A DNA stretch of 64,000 nucleotides, taken from the NCBI GenBank assembly GCA_963795855.1, contig CAWCIZ010000003.1:416001-480000 (forward strand). Reading direction: 5' to 3'. Source of the stretch: Vulcanimicrobiota bacterium. Lineage in GTDB: Bacteria; Vulcanimicrobiota; Vulcanimicrobiia; Vulcanimicrobiales; Vulcanimicrobiaceae. A program made the translations under genes and the position numbers. Below are positions 1-9,737 of this stretch, piece after piece. The first letter of the stretch is position 1; every line of letters starts with the position of its first letter. The notes beneath the pieces were generated by a model that was not told where the DNA came from, searched no databases, and saw only the letters and a list, made by a program, of their open reading frames with translations.

Positions 1-427
1 GCGCTTGTGATTCTTCCCGCTTCGCAATTCCGCGTGCGTTTTCTCGCGGATTTCGCGCCGCCGATCGGCACGCAGTATTTCGACGCGGAGATGACGCCCG
101 AAACGTTTTCCGCCGAAGTCGCCTCCGCGCGCACGTTCGGGTATTTGCACGAAGTGCAGGCGCTGCTCGATCGCGGCCTCGCGAAAGGCGGAACGCTCGA
201 GAATGCGCTCGTGTTCGCGCCCGAAGGACCGATGCAGGAGATGCGCTGGCCGAACGAGCCGGTTCGTCATAAAGTACTCGATCTCGCTCGGCGATCTCGC
301 GCTTCTCGGCGCCTGGCCGCAATGCGAAGTGGTCGCGATCAAGAGCGGCCACAAACTGCACTGCATCGCGACGACGGAACTGCGCCGTCAGATTGGCGGC
401 AAACTGCCGTCGGCGAAAGTGCGATAA
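1..427 (+). CDS. lpxC: UDP-3-O-acyl-GlcNAc deacetylase, C-terminal part (5' truncated by window; frameshift near 286)
   Basis: Motifs ARTFG, GLAKGGTLENA and EPVRHKVLD, continuing in another frame as LGDLALLG...KSGHKLH; stop at 425-427. Confidence 0.92.
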
Positions 428-429
428 CG

Positions 430-903
430 GTGCCGGAACTGGACATCCGGCAGATCATGGAGATCCTGCCGCACCGCTATCCGATTCTGCTCGTCGATCG
501 CATCATCGAACTGGAGCCCGGCGTTCGCGCGGTCGGCTACAAAAACGTTACGGCGACGGAACCGATTTTTACCGGCCACTTTCCGGGAAATCCGCTGTTT
601 CCCGGCGTCTACATGATTGAAGCGCTCGCGCAACTCGGCGGTTGCGTCGTCCTGGAACCCGGCGAGTTTTCGCGCAAGACTCCGTATCTTGCCGGCATCG
701 ACGCCGCGAAATTCCGCCGTCCCGTCGTTCCCGGCGATAGGTTCATGATGGAAGTGCGGCTGACCAAGCACAAACGCAATATCGGTTGGGTGCACGCCGA
801 AGGAAGCGTCGACGGTCAGTTCGTGGTCTCCGCGGAACTGATGTTCTCGATCGCCTCCGATCCGCGCATCTTCGGTTTCGACGCGACGGTGCTGCACTCT
901 TGA
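430..903 (+). CDS. fabZ: 3-hydroxyacyl-ACP dehydratase
   Basis: LPHRYPILLVDRI, FTGHFPGNPLFPGV, KFRRPVVPGD; GTG start at 430 after the lpxC stop. Confidence 0.95.
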   Translation: MPELDIRQIMEILPHRYPILLVDRIIELEPGVRAVGYKNVTATEPIFTGHFPGNPLFPGVYMIEALAQLGGCVVLEPGEFSRKTPYLAGIDAAKFRRPVVPGDRFMMEVRLTKHKRNIGWVHAEGSVDGQFVVSAELMFSIASDPRIFGFDATVLHS

Positions 904-955
904 AAGAAAACGCTCCCGGAGACAAAGGGCGGAACCCTCCCCGAGGGCGCCGCGG

Positions 956-1726
956 GTGATCCATCCGACGGCTATCGTGCATCCCAATGCGAAGATCGAT
1001 CGCGGCGTCGAAATCGGGCCGTACTGTATCGTCGGCGAAAACGTTTCGATCGGGCGCGGCACGGTTCTCCAGGCGCACGTCGTCGTGAACGGTTGGACGA
1101 GCATCGGTGAGGACTGCGAGATTTTTCCTTTCGCGACCATCGGCGCTTCGTCACAAGATAAGAAGTACAGGGGCGAGCGCGCTTACACCCGTATCGGCAG
1201 CCGCACGATCATTCGCGAATATGTAAGCGTGCAGCGCGCGACCGGCGAAGATCAAGTCACCGCGATCGGCGACGACTGCCTGCTGCTCGCCTACATGCAT
1301 GTCGCGCACAACTGTATCCTCGGAAACGGCGTGACGATGAGCAACCTCGCGCAGCTGGCGGGGCATTGCATCATCGACGACAGCGTCGTGATTGCGGGCA
1401 TGGCCGGATTGCACCAATTCGTGCGCGTTGGGCGATATGCGTTCATCGGCGGCGACAGCAAAGTAACGCGCGACGTGCCGCCGTTTTTCTTGGTCGAGGG
1501 AAATCCCGCGGCGCCGTACGGGCTCAACAGCGTGGGCTTGCGCCGCGCCAATTTCAGCGAAGAAGAGCGCGCCGAAATCAAAAAATTCTACAAACTGCTG
1601 TACGGTTCCAAGATGAAGCTCTCCGAGGCAATCGAGACGATGAAAGCGGAAGTGACGACGGAATCGGGCCGGCACATTCTGGATTTTCTCGAAGGCGAAT
1701 CGCAGCGCGGCATTTTGCTGAAATAG
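956..1726 (+). CDS. lpxA: UDP-N-acetylglucosamine acyltransferase
   Basis: IHPTAIV hexapeptide repeats, QDKKY, HVAHNC, LAGH, GLNSVGLRR; cluster context. Confidence 0.96.
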   Translation: MIHPTAIVHPNAKIDRGVEIGPYCIVGENVSIGRGTVLQAHVVVNGWTSIGEDCEIFPFATIGASSQDKKYRGERAYTRIGSRTIIREYVSVQRATGEDQVTAIGDDCLLLAYMHVAHNCILGNGVTMSNLAQLAGHCIIDDSVVIAGMAGLHQFVRVGRYAFIGGDSKVTRDVPPFFLVEGNPAAPYGLNSVGLRRANFSEEERAEIKKFYKLLYGSKMKLSEAIETMKAEVTTESGRHILDFLEGESQRGILLK

Positions 1727-1727
1727 C

Positions 1728-2840
1728 GTGCGCTATTTTCTTTCGAGCGGCGAAGCCTCGGGCGAACTGGCCGCAACGCTGCTGGCAGACGCCGTTCGCC
1801 GCATCGATCCGCAAGCGGAGTTCGAAGGTATCGGTGCTGCGCGAATGCGCGAAAGCGGCGTGCACCTGTGGCGCGATCATACCGGTTGGGCCAGCATGGG
1901 TCCGCTCTCGGCGGTTCCGCGTATTCCCAAACTGCTGCTCACGATGCTGCGCACCGCGCAGCACATTGCGTCCAGCAAGCCCGATCTGGTCATTCTCGTC
2001 GATTTCGGCGCGTTCAACGTCCGGCTTGCGGAGCGGCTGCGGGCCATCGGTTACGACGGCGCGATTCTCGACATCTTTCCGCCGGCGACGTGGCTCGATC
2101 GCGAGAAAACGGCGCGCGACGTTGCACGCATCGCCGTGCCCATGACGGCGTTCGCGCATCAACGCGACTTCTATGAGTCGCTCGGACTTCGCATCGCGTA
2201 CTTCGGGCATCCGCTGGCCGGACAGTATGCGCTGCGTCCGCCGCGTCCCACGCCTGCGGCAGATGACGGCGTCCTCGCGCTGCTCCCGGGAAGCCGTTCC
2301 GGCGAGCTGCGCTACCACGTGCCGCGCCTTTATGCTGCGTTGCGCAAGCTGCGCGAACGGCGTCCGAATGTACGAGCCGTCGTCGGCGCGGCCGACGAAC
2401 ACGCCGAACGGCAGTTGCGCGCAGCCGCTCGGCGCGAGGGAATAACCGGGCTTACGTTCGCGCGCGGAACGCGCGAAGCCATTGCGCAAGCCGATGCAGC
2501 GTGGGTGGCGTCCGGGACGGCAGTGTTGGAATGCGCGCTTTCCGGCGTACCGGCGGTGGCGCTTTACGTCATTTCGCCGCTGCTGGTGAATCACGCGCGG
2601 CGCGTCTATTCCGGGCGCTTCATCACGCTGCCGAATCTGGTGCTCGATCGCGCGGTCATTCCGGAACTTCTCCAGGATGATGCCACGCCGGAACGCCTCG
2701 CGGACGCCATGGACGCCGTGCTGCGCGATCCGCTCGAGCAGTATCGCGAATTCGAACGCTTGCGCGAGGCGCTCGGACCACCCGACGCGCTCGAACGCTG
2801 TGCCGCGTTTGCCGTGCAGCTGGCAGCCGGTGCGGCATGA
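1728..2840 (+). CDS. lpxB: Lipid-A-disaccharide synthase
   Basis: SGEASGE, FGHPL, LLPGSRSGE, ASGTAVLE, ITLPNLV, IPELLQ. Confidence 0.93.
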   Translation: MRYFLSSGEASGELAATLLADAVRRIDPQAEFEGIGAARMRESGVHLWRDHTGWASMGPLSAVPRIPKLLLTMLRTAQHIASSKPDLVILVDFGAFNVRLAERLRAIGYDGAILDIFPPATWLDREKTARDVARIAVPMTAFAHQRDFYESLGLRIAYFGHPLAGQYALRPPRPTPAADDGVLALLPGSRSGELRYHVPRLYAALRKLRERRPNVRAVVGAADEHAERQLRAAARREGITGLTFARGTREAIAQADAAWVASGTAVLECALSGVPAVALYVISPLLVNHARRVYSGRFITLPNLVLDRAVIPELLQDDATPERLADAMDAVLRDPLEQYREFERLREALGPPDALERCAAFAVQLAAGAA

Positions 2841-3556
2841 CGATCACGATCTATCACACCTCCGATCTGCACGATCGCCGCGGCTTTGCCGCTCCGCTTG
2901 AAACGCTCCGCTCTCGCGAGCCGGGCCTGCTGTTCGATTGCGGCGATTCGCTGCGGGGAAGTCAAACGATCTATCACCGCAGCGAACCGATTATCGGGGA
3001 GATCGACGCGGCACGGTACGACGCGCAGGCGATCGGCAACCGCGAGTTTCATTATTTGTACGGCTTTTTGCGCGCACGGGCCGCACGGATGCATCACCCG
3101 CTGGTCTGTACGAACTTAGTCGATACGAAAGGGCGCGATCTGCCCTTTGCGCGATCGCTCTTGCTCGATCACGCCGGCGTGCGCGTGCACGTTCTCGGGT
3201 TGCTGATCATGCAGTATCCCGCCGGCAGCGCGTGGGAGCGGATTTTCGGCTGGCGGTTTCTCGACCCGATTGCGGTGGTTCGCGAGTTCAGCGCCGGTAT
3301 TCCCGACGACGACGTACTGGTGGTGCTCTCTCACATCGGCCTTTCGCTGGATCGAAAACTCGCGGCGGCAGTGCCGCGTATCGACTTGCTGCTCGGCGGT
3401 CATAGCCACGATACGCTCGAGCAACCGCTATTCGTCGGTGACGTCCCCATCGTGCATGCGGGCCCATACGGAAAATTCGTTTCCCGTACCATGCTGGACC
3501 GTGAAGCGCGGCGCTGGCGCGTGCGCACCTTCGATCTGGTTCCGTTGCTGCGATGA
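2837..3556 (+). CDS. Calcineurin-like metallophosphoesterase (5'-nucleotidase N-terminal type, stand-alone)
   Basis: HTSDLH, DCGD, GNREF, LSHIG, GGHSH; ATGA overlap with lpxB. Confidence 0.85.
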   Translation: MTITIYHTSDLHDRRGFAAPLETLRSREPGLLFDCGDSLRGSQTIYHRSEPIIGEIDAARYDAQAIGNREFHYLYGFLRARAARMHHPLVCTNLVDTKGRDLPFARSLLLDHAGVRVHVLGLLIMQYPAGSAWERIFGWRFLDPIAVVREFSAGIPDDDVLVVLSHIGLSLDRKLAAAVPRIDLLLGGHSHDTLEQPLFVGDVPIVHAGPYGKFVSRTMLDREARRWRVRTFDLVPLLR

Positions 3557-4701
3557 TGCGCGTGCTGTTCGTCTCCAACGGCCACGGCGAGATTGCAATC
3601 GCCGCGCGCATCGCGCTGGATCTGCAGGCACTTGCGCCCGTCGCGTGCGATCATTTGGCGCTCGTCGGCGATTTTCGCCACGCCTCCACGATGCGCGAGG
3701 TCGGCCCGCGCCGCTCAATGCCCAGCGGCGGCGTGGTGGCAATGGGGAACGTGTCCAACATCGCACGAGACCTGCGCGCCGGCCTGCTCGCTCACACGCT
3801 CGCGCAGCTGCGGTTCTTGCGCGGCGTGCGCGGAACGTACGCCTGCGCAGTGGCCGTAGGTGACGTGTTCGCGCTGATGATGGCGCGCGCGGCGCAAGCA
3901 CGATCGACGGTCTTCGTAGGAACCGCGAAGAGCGTCTACGTCGCGCCGTACGGCCCGCTCGAGGAACGTGCGATTCGCGGCGCCGACGCCGCGTTTGTGC
4001 GCGACGTTCCAACGGCGCGGCGTCTGACCGAACACGGGATCGCCGCAGTTTCGGCAAATGCGATCGTCGATCTGTATTCCGCGGATGCGCCGCCTTTCGA
4101 TGCGGCGTTCGATCCGTTTTTGGCAATCTTTCCCGGAAGCCGCGAGAGCGCATATTCCGACGCGCGCTTCATGGCCGCCGTCGCGCGCCTCGCGCTTGGG
4201 GAGGATCTCCGAGGCGGCGGCGCGGTCTCCATCGCGCCCGGCATCGATGCCGCGCGCATGTGCGGGCAATTCGAAGCAGATGGCTGGCGCGTCGTACGTC
4301 GGGATGACGAACTTGCGCCGTTTTCCCTTTGCGAAGGCGAGCGCGAAGTGCTGCGCTTTTGGACGGGAGCGCTTGGAACGTTGCTTCGGCGCGCCACGAT
4401 CGTACTCGGCCAAGCGGGAACCGCGAACGAAGCGGCGGCGGCAATGGGAATTCCCGTCGTTGCATTCGCTCGCCGCAGCGAAACGAAAACGCCTTGGTAC
4501 CGCATGCGCCAGATCGGGTTGCTGGGCGAGGCGATGATCGTGGCGAGCGCCGACGCGCACGAAGCCGCTTCCCAAGTGCGCGCTTTGCTGCGCGACGCAC
4601 CGCGGCGCGAACGCATGGGTGCGATTGGACGCGAGCGCATGGGCGAATCCGGCGGCGCCGCCGCGATTGCCGCGCGCATTGCCGCGCTGGTAGAACCTTA
4701 G
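3553..4701 (+). CDS. Lipid-A-disaccharide synthase-related GT-B protein (TIGR03492-like)
   Basis: FVSNGHGE, MPSGG, AVGD, FVGTAKS, FPGSR, GQAGTANE, GRERMGESGG. Confidence 0.8.
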   Translation: MMRVLFVSNGHGEIAIAARIALDLQALAPVACDHLALVGDFRHASTMREVGPRRSMPSGGVVAMGNVSNIARDLRAGLLAHTLAQLRFLRGVRGTYACAVAVGDVFALMMARAAQARSTVFVGTAKSVYVAPYGPLEERAIRGADAAFVRDVPTARRLTEHGIAAVSANAIVDLYSADAPPFDAAFDPFLAIFPGSRESAYSDARFMAAVARLALGEDLRGGGAVSIAPGIDAARMCGQFEADGWRVVRRDDELAPFSLCEGEREVLRFWTGALGTLLRRATIVLGQAGTANEAAAAMGIPVVAFARRSETKTPWYRMRQIGLLGEAMIVASADAHEAASQVRALLRDAPRRERMGAIGRERMGESGGAAAIAARIAALVEP

Positions 4702-4702
4702 C

Positions 4703-5902
4703 ATGCGGCGCTTGCTGCCGGCTGCTTTTGCGTTCACGTATTTCGTCGTGCCGCTTTTTCCGCCGTTCATCACGCTTACCGCGGTAACCATTCCGGGCGT
4801 TTCTCTCGTGCCGCGATCGTTCGCGGTCGCGTTGCTTGCGCTCATGGCGTGCGTTGCGGTGTACGCGGGTGCGCTGCTCTTGCGCCGTCCGGTCGAACGG
4901 CCGCGGACGCTGATTCCGCTGCTTCTGTGGCTCGGCGCGGCGCTCGTATCCGCGTTGCTCGGTTTCGATCCGGCGGGCGGCATGCTGTTCATCGGCATCT
5001 TCGGTTTGGGCGTGGTCTGGCATTTGGCGCTCTTACGGTACTACACGTATCCGGGCGTGAGCCGTGCGATTTTTTTCAGCTATCTCATCTCCGGCGCAGC
5101 CGCTTCGTTCGCCGCGGTCGTAATGGTCATCGCACGCGTTCCGGCGGACCAGTACACGATCGGGCATGGCCGCGCCATCGGCACGTTCATCTTGCCGGGT
5201 GAGTTGGCCGGCTATCTCATCGTCTTTCTGCCGATCGCGTTCGCCGTGGGGCGCGTCGCCCGCAGCCGCGCGCTGCGCACGCTGGCATGGATTGCGCTCG
5301 CACTCGGCGCTGCGGCGTTCATCCTTACGTTTTCGCGCGCCGGCTGGATGGGGCTTGCCGCAGCCATTGCGTTTTTCGCTTTTGCGCGCGGTACCGTGCG
5401 GCGCCGGTACGCTGCGCTTATCGTGCTGTGCGGGTTGGCCGCGGTGCTCGTCGTGTTCAACGTGCATCACGATCCGGCGGAAAATTACACGCGCCTATCG
5501 ATTTGGCAGGCGGGCGTCGAAATCGTGCGGCGATTTCCGCTCACCGGCGTGGGACCGTTCGATTTCGCGCGCATCTATCCGCTCGTGCGTCTTCCGGACG
5601 GGGATCTCACTGCGTTTCACGCGCATAGTTTTTTGCTCACGATCTTCGCGGAAATGGGCATCGCGGGCGTAGCCGCCGTACTCGCGGCATGGTGGCGATT
5701 CGGCGTCGCGCTGCGCGATCGCGTGCGCTGCGCGAACGCTCGGAACGCGACCATTGCGCTCGCCGTCGCAGCGGGACTGGCAGGGACGTGGGTGCAAGGG
5801 CTCATCGATACCGTGAGCGTGGTCATATTCGGGCTGTGGCTGCCTTCGATGGCGCTGGCGCTCGCCGCCGCTGAATACGGATTGGGAGAGGAGGCGTTAT
5901 GA
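4703..5902 (+). CDS. O-antigen ligase (WaaL/Wzy_C) family membrane protein
   Basis: Multi-TM; RAIGTF, LTFSRAGW, R..IW...PLTGVG, HAHS. Confidence 0.85.
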   Translation: MRRLLPAAFAFTYFVVPLFPPFITLTAVTIPGVSLVPRSFAVALLALMACVAVYAGALLLRRPVERPRTLIPLLLWLGAALVSALLGFDPAGGMLFIGIFGLGVVWHLALLRYYTYPGVSRAIFFSYLISGAAASFAAVVMVIARVPADQYTIGHGRAIGTFILPGELAGYLIVFLPIAFAVGRVARSRALRTLAWIALALGAAAFILTFSRAGWMGLAAAIAFFAFARGTVRRRYAALIVLCGLAAVLVVFNVHHDPAENYTRLSIWQAGVEIVRRFPLTGVGPFDFARIYPLVRLPDGDLTAFHAHSFLLTIFAEMGIAGVAAVLAAWWRFGVALRDRVRCANARNATIALAVAAGLAGTWVQGLIDTVSVVIFGLWLPSMALALAAAEYGLGEEAL

Positions 5903-6450
5903 AACCGCTGCTCGCACTCGGGCTCGCAGCGCTGCTGCTGGCCGGCTGCAATCCGCAGCCGGAACACCGGATCGATGCAAGCGCGGGTCCGTCCTCGACG
6001 CCGACCGGGCTTCCTCCGCTCAGAATCGTGGGGCGCGGTACCGCGCGGCAGCCCGTGCGCGTCATCGGTCAACAGTCGGACGGCCGCAAAACGTATGAGT
6101 TGATCGCGCGATCGTACGAGAGCCGCTCGGCGCAGAACGTCACCGAAGCAACGTTTCAGCAAACGAAGGTAACGTTCTACGACAAAGATGGTACGAAGCT
6201 GCAGGCGCAGGCGCCGCAAGCCCGCATCGACGACCGGCGTAAGCAGGTAATCCTGTCCGGTGGAGTGCATGCCACCACGAGCACGGGAGTGACGCTCGTT
6301 TGCGATCGCCTCGTGTACGACGACGCGTCGGGACTGCTGCACGGGACGGGCAACGTCCGCATCACCGGAACGCAAGGCGGCGAGCAGCAGGTCTTGACGG
6401 GCAACACGTTTACGTCCGACGTGAAATTGACCCGGATGACGATGAAGTAA
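5899..6450 (+). CDS. lptC: LptC-family beta-jellyroll lipoprotein
   Basis: Lipobox LLAGC, beta-rich repeats (LSGGV, GTGNVRIT), directly upstream of lptB. Confidence 0.75.
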   Translation: MKPLLALGLAALLLAGCNPQPEHRIDASAGPSSTPTGLPPLRIVGRGTARQPVRVIGQQSDGRKTYELIARSYESRSAQNVTEATFQQTKVTFYDKDGTKLQAQAPQARIDDRRKQVILSGGVHATTSTGVTLVCDRLVYDDASGLLHGTGNVRITGTQGGEQQVLTGNTFTSDVKLTRMTMK

Positions 6451-7187
6451 TGGGAAACGAAATCAAAATTCGCGATCTGGTCAAACGGTACGGCGAACGC
6501 GCGGTCGTGAACGGCGTGAGTGCGGAAGTACGGACGGGCGAGATCGTTGGTTTGCTCGGCCCCAACGGCGCCGGCAAGACGACGACGTTTTACATGGTCG
6601 TCGGTCTCGTCAAACCCGACGCGGGCACGGTGCTGCTCGAAACGCCGCAGGGCGAAGTCGATCTCGGATCGGCGCCGATGTACATGCGGTCGCGCCGCGG
6701 CATCGGCTATCTCGCTCAGGAAAATTCGATCTTCCGCAAGCTCTCCGTCGGGGACAACATCCGGCTCATCTGGGAAATGCACGGCGTTCCGCGCGAAGAT
6801 CAGGAGAAGCGCCTGGCGCCGCTGCTCGACGAGTTCGGACTGCTCCAATTTATCAACGCGCGCGGCGACAGCCTATCCGGCGGCGAACGGCGCCGCGTCG
6901 AAATCGCGCGGGCGATCGCTACCGAGCCGGCATTTCTGTTGCTGGACGAACCGTTCACCGGAATCGATCCGATCGCGGTAGCCGACATTCAGGCGATGAT
7001 CCGGCAGTTGCGCGATCGCGGTCTCGGCGTTCTGATCACGGATCACCAAGTTCGCGAGACGCTCGCTATCGTGGACCGAGCGTACATTCTGAACAACGGC
7101 AAGATTGAGGTTTCCGGCACCGCACACGACGTGCTCGAGAGCCCGATCGCGCGCCAGTTCTACCTGGGCGAAGGCTTTCGCTTGTGA
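6450..7187 (+). CDS. lptB: LPS export ABC transporter ATPase
   Basis: GPNGAGKTTTFYMVVG, LSGGERRRVEIAR, LLDEPFTGIDP, ITDH, YLGEGF. Confidence 0.96.
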   Translation: MGNEIKIRDLVKRYGERAVVNGVSAEVRTGEIVGLLGPNGAGKTTTFYMVVGLVKPDAGTVLLETPQGEVDLGSAPMYMRSRRGIGYLAQENSIFRKLSVGDNIRLIWEMHGVPREDQEKRLAPLLDEFGLLQFINARGDSLSGGERRRVEIARAIATEPAFLLLDEPFTGIDPIAVADIQAMIRQLRDRGLGVLITDHQVRETLAIVDRAYILNNGKIEVSGTAHDVLESPIARQFYLGEGFRL

Positions 7188-8300
7188 GATTTGCGCGTCC
7201 GACGATTCTGGACCGGTATCTGCTCAGCGAACTCGCCGGTCCGTTTCTGTTCGGCCTTTCCGCGTTTACGCTGATCTTCGCCGCAACGCAAATCATTGCG
7301 ATCGGCCGCATCGTCTCCGAAACGCACGCGCCGCTTTGGGCCGCCATCGAAGTCTTTCTTTGGCAGTTGCCCGGAATATTCGTGCTCGCGATTCCGATGG
7401 CGCTGCTGCTCGGTACGCTCCTCGCGATTCAGCGCCTCTCCGGCGAGAGCGAGATCACGGCAATGAAAGCGGGCGGCATAACGTTCCTGCGAATCGTGGC
7501 GCCGCTGCTCATCGCCGGTATCGTGATGTCCTTCGTTACGCTGCTGCTGCAGGAACGGGTCGTGCCGTTCGCGCGCGAGGAAGCCAACATCGTGCAGAAC
7601 ACCGTCATCAACAGGGCCAGCGCATTCGCGAGCAGTTTGAACGTATCGGCGCCGCTCCCCGGCGGCGGTTCGCAAATGACCTTCGCGCGCGCCTGCACCC
7701 AGAACTGCGAGGCGCTTCTGGGCGTGACGCTGGTACAGTACGACCGCGCCGGCAATGCGACGCGTATCGTGCTGGCGGACCGCGCCGTATTCCGTGCGGA
7801 TCAATGGACGCTCGACAACGCGCGGATCTATGAATTTGCGTCGAACGGCGACGGCATGGCCACGAGTTCGACCACGCCCAGCATGCAGGTCGAACTGGGC
7901 GAGAATCCAACCGAGATCGTCAAACGAGCCGTGAACAACAATCCAGACGACATGAACCGCGCGGAAATCGCGCAGATTATTCGAACGGGACAGCTCGTCG
8001 GCGAGCGAGCTGAAGAAATACACGATGGTGTATCAACAGAAGCTCGCCTTGCCGTTTGCATGTTTCGTCTTCACGCTGCTCGCCGTGCCGTACGGAATTC
8101 GCTCCGTGCGCGGAGGCGGCAGCACGAGCCTGGGCTTCGGGCTTGCCGTGCTGATCGTCTTTATCTATTACATCGTCCAGACGGTGTTCTCGTATGTCGG
8201 CGAGGCGTATCTGCAGCTGGCCTTTCTTGCGGCGTGGATGCCGAACATCATCTTCACGATCATCGGCGGCCGCCGTCTCTACCGGGCAGCGATGGTGTAA
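7184..8300 (+). CDS. LptF/LptG family permease (frameshift near 7998)
   Basis: ILDRYLLSE, RLSGESEITAMKAGG; C-terminal QKLALPFACF...AAWMPNII lies in the next frame (8025..8300). Confidence 0.9.
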
Positions 8301-8303
8301 CGG

Positions 8304-9261
8304 ATGAATCTCGTCGACATCCTGCGCGGCACGGGAACTGTGGTGTTCATCGTCGTGCTGGCCGGCGTCATCGCGTACCTGGGCGACCGCGTCGGACATC
8401 AAGTCGGGCGCAAGCGGCTCACGCTGTTCAACATTCGGCCGCGCTACACGTCGACGATCATTGCCGTCGGCACCGGTATGGTGATCGCCCTCATCATCAC
8501 GCTCGTCGCGATTTTCGCCTCGAGTCAGGTGAAGACGGCTTTTTTCCGGCTCAACGAGATCAACGCGGAGATTCAGAAGGCGCAGGCGCGCGCGCAGGAA
8601 CTCGAGCGCAAGGTCACCAGTTCGCCCGTCGTCGTCAATCTGAATCAGCCGATGAGCCCGACGATCGGTCACGTGCCGATCAACGCGCCGGAAGGGCTGC
8701 GGCGCGATGTGGTTCAGGAGTTTTATTCGCAGACTGTGGCATTCGTGAACCGGCAGTGGACGCGGCCGCCGTACAACTTGAAGCGGTTCGTCCCGCCGTC
8801 CAATCTTCAGCAGATTTTGAGCGCGCTTTCGAACAGCCCGCAGATGCAAGCGTGGGTCACGCAAAGCCCCGTGCTGCTCTTTGCGGTCGCGGACCAAAAC
8901 CTGTACCCGGGAGACGCTATTCATTTCGGCGTGACTGCATATCCCGACCGGCTCATCGCGCCGGCGGGCCAGGCCATCGCGTCGCTGATCATTCCAACGA
9001 GCAAAAACGTGAGCGCCGATCTGGCGCTGGAGCAGGCTCAACGGCTACGTCGCGACGCAGATGGCGAGAGCGGGCATGCCGCCGTACTTCGCGGCGGACG
9101 TCAACGCCCAACGTACGCTGCCGACTTTGGCGCAGATGCGGCAAATGGTGCAGTCCGGCAGCGGCACCTACTTGATGACGGCCTTTGCGGCGGTAGACAT
9201 CTACCCGCACACGTTTAACGTGCCGGTCGTCGTCACGCTCCAGAAGGCTCCGGGCCAGTGA
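8304..9261 (+). CDS. DUF3084-like membrane-anchored protein (frameshift near 9037)
   Basis: IAYLGDRVGHQVGRKRLTLFNIRPRYTS N-terminus; C-terminus continues in the 9061..9261 frame. Confidence 0.75.
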
Positions 9262-9674
9262 GTCCGGTTCTCGGCATCGATCCCGGAACGCGCAAAGTCG
9301 GCTTTGCGCTGGTCGACGACGAGTGCTCGCCGGCGCTGGCTCGCGGAATCGAGCCGGTCGACACGCTGTTGGAACGCGTCGCGCCCCTGCTGGAAATACA
9401 CCCGATTTCCGCGGTCGCGTTGGGCGGGGGTACCAATGCCGAACGGGTGGCACGCATGCTGCAGGAGCTCGGGGTGCCGGTGCACGTCATCGACGAAACC
9501 GACACGACCTACCGCGCCCGAGCGTTATACTTTGAGGAGCACCCGCCTCGGGGATGGCGGCGATTGCTTCCGCTTGGGCTGCAGTTGCCTCCCGGGCCCA
9601 TAGACGATTATGCCGCAATGCTCATAGCAAGGCGCTATATCGCCCAGGGAGCGGAGCCGCAGAGCGGGGTATGA
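9258..9674 (+). CDS. YqgF/RuvX-like RNase H-fold nuclease
   Basis: VLGIDPGTRKVG, IDETDTT..AR, PIDDYAA. Confidence 0.8.
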   Translation: MSPVLGIDPGTRKVGFALVDDECSPALARGIEPVDTLLERVAPLLEIHPISAVALGGGTNAERVARMLQELGVPVHVIDETDTTYRARALYFEEHPPRGWRRLLPLGLQLPPGPIDDYAAMLIARRYIAQGAEPQSGV

Positions 9675-9737
9675 AACTGTAGGGCCGTCCGGCCGATACT
9701 AAGAAGTGCAAAGACTCCGCGGGAATCAGAGGAAGAC

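Noticed and set aside
7..903. Apparent LpxC-FabZ fusion ORF
   Set aside because: The true LpxC C-terminus continues in another frame after about 286 and stops at 427, and fabZ has its own GTG at 430. The fusion is an indel artefact.
7184..9175. 663-aa LptF/G-like long ORF
   Set aside because: After about 7998 it runs out of frame through the real LptF/G C-terminus and DUF3084, so it is chimeric.
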